Source: Heterodontus francisci
Lineage: Eukaryota
Length of the DNA: 64,000 nucleotides
Direction of reading: 5' to 3'
Assembly (NCBI RefSeq): GCF_036365525.1
Contig: NC_090400.1
Coordinates: 47,327,138-47,391,137, forward strand
Notes under the pieces: model-generated
Database searches by the model: none
The model's input: only the letters and a program-made list of their open reading frames with translations
Told to the model about the DNA's origin: nothing
Part shown: positions 62,546 to 64,000 of the stretch, piece after piece
Position numbering within the stretch: position 1 is the first letter of the stretch
How the letters are laid out: the number at the start of each line of letters is the position of its first letter
Program-made: the position numbers and the translations under genes

Positions 62546-64000
62546 TCAGGAAGGGAAAGAAAAATAAATACTTAAAAGAAGAAACATTATCAACCATGTA
62601 AAGATGGCAAGTAAACCAGTGATCCAACTTCTTGTTATTAAATAGACGAGGGAAGTATTTATTTGGAATTCACTGCACCTTGCACTGTCCTGCTCCAATG
62701 CAAAATGGTTTTAAGTAGACTTGGCTGCGGAACTAACTCCCTCTTCCAAAGAATCCCACTTAGCTTTGATCTGAAGTCAGGTCAGGCCCTGTCTTTAGAT
62801 TTACACTTCAATGTTGGTGCGAAGTGAAACCGTGTTGCATGATGTAGTGAAAATGTGCTATAGAATTGGTAGCATTTTCAAGCACATCTCAAAAACTGAA
62901 ATGTCAGAGGCTAATGCTAGCAGGAGCTACTTCAACCCCATCGTTCTGCATCTTCAATATTTTTCTTTAAGCTTTTAATTCCAGTTGAATTCTTGACTGA
63001 CTCAGTTTCAGTAGCCATTTGTGGTAATGCATTTCATATTTTAATAAACCATTGTGTGCAAAATAATTACTGAAAACTTATAGTTTTCCTTTCCTTTGAT
63101 ATATAAAACAATAAAACAACACAATGTTCATGTGGAGCAATGTAATTTCATTACAATACCTAAATCCCCACCCAATATGTGAGATGTGTTACCCTAATTA
63201 ATCACATAAAATAGAAATAAAACCGGGGATAAACTAGATGTTTATAATGGAGAGGGATAGTGGTTACTGTGTGTAACATCATAAACATGTTCACTTAGCA
63301 CGTGGTTATGATTTCACTCGAAATATTAAACTGAGGAGTACTTCAGAGATGTATTTATAATGTTGCTGCACAAAGTGGCCCACATGCCTTTTAATACCTG
63401 GAGTTTGAGTTCCAATCTAATGAAGACTGATGGGATGAAGTTTTCTTCCTTCTATAAAGATCCCATAGGGAATGTACCTGGTCATGAGCACTCACTGAAT
63501 CTTAGGACTAAATTGGCAATTTCACTGAGAGAAGGCACATGGAAATTTCCCACTTGTGCAGTCAGAGCTACTTTTCTGAGGTTATTGAATAAACCTTGTT
63601 ATTGGGTCAATGTCATGGGATCTTTAATCTCCATCTAATTCATTGTGACACTTAATCTGGGGGTATTTTTTGAAGCCATGGGATGCAAAAGAGGAAAATA
63701 CTCCATTTCATCGGTATTCCAACATGATGAATAATTCCTTCTTATTTCATTTTCTAAATTCTTCTTGAATCTCCTGACGGTGGTGATTTCTTTCTGGGGA
63801 ATTGAGTGATGGACATCGGCAGCCTCCTGGTACCTGCCAAATGCCTATTGGTATCGAAGGCTATTTGATCATGTAACTGAGCCTGTTGCTGTCCACCAGG
63901 GAGAATGGATAGCAATCTTTAGCAGTAATCCATGTTAATTTTGCTCCTCACTATAAAGGCTTGCTTGGGTCTGCAAATGAAACCCGACAGAATCACATCT

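Noticed and set aside
63285-63620. Possible LF-SINE-like ancient element
   Set aside because: Only weak motif resemblance by eye (ACTAAATTGGCA...GAGAGAAGGC); cannot be supported without a search.

Overview
Vertebrate genomic DNA, almost certainly from a cartilaginous fish (shark/ray), judging by its HE1-type V-SINEs, HER1/CR1 LINEs and DeuSINE-like SINEs. Three spliced protein-coding genes can be rebuilt with GT-AG boundaries and matching intron phases. (1) Refilin, RFLNB-like: + strand, 3 exons, 6445-32429, 219 aa. (2) LIAT1/C17orf97: - strand, 2 exons, 44203-39462, 206 aa. (3) Exonuclease V, EXO5: + strand, 6 coding exons, about 45288-56977, about 389 aa. LIAT1 and EXO5 are head-to-head around a CpG-rich region carrying RFX X-box, GC-box and duplicated ETS motifs. 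Most of the remainder is TE-derived (CR1, L2, RTE, Tx1/L1-like, Penelope-like, SINEs, hAT-type MITEs, a solo LTR). The most notable observations are: 37-nt minimal hammerhead ribozyme motifs in Penelope-like repeats, including a TSD-flanked inverted pair in the LIAT1 intron; a circularly permuted Penelope insertion; three Tx1-like insertions stacked in one 14-bp target; a two-tailed RTE insertion with locally templated filler; and an intron-containing EXO5 beside LIAT1/RFLNB. All family names come from manual recognition; no database search was run, and TE boundaries without a TSD are approximate.
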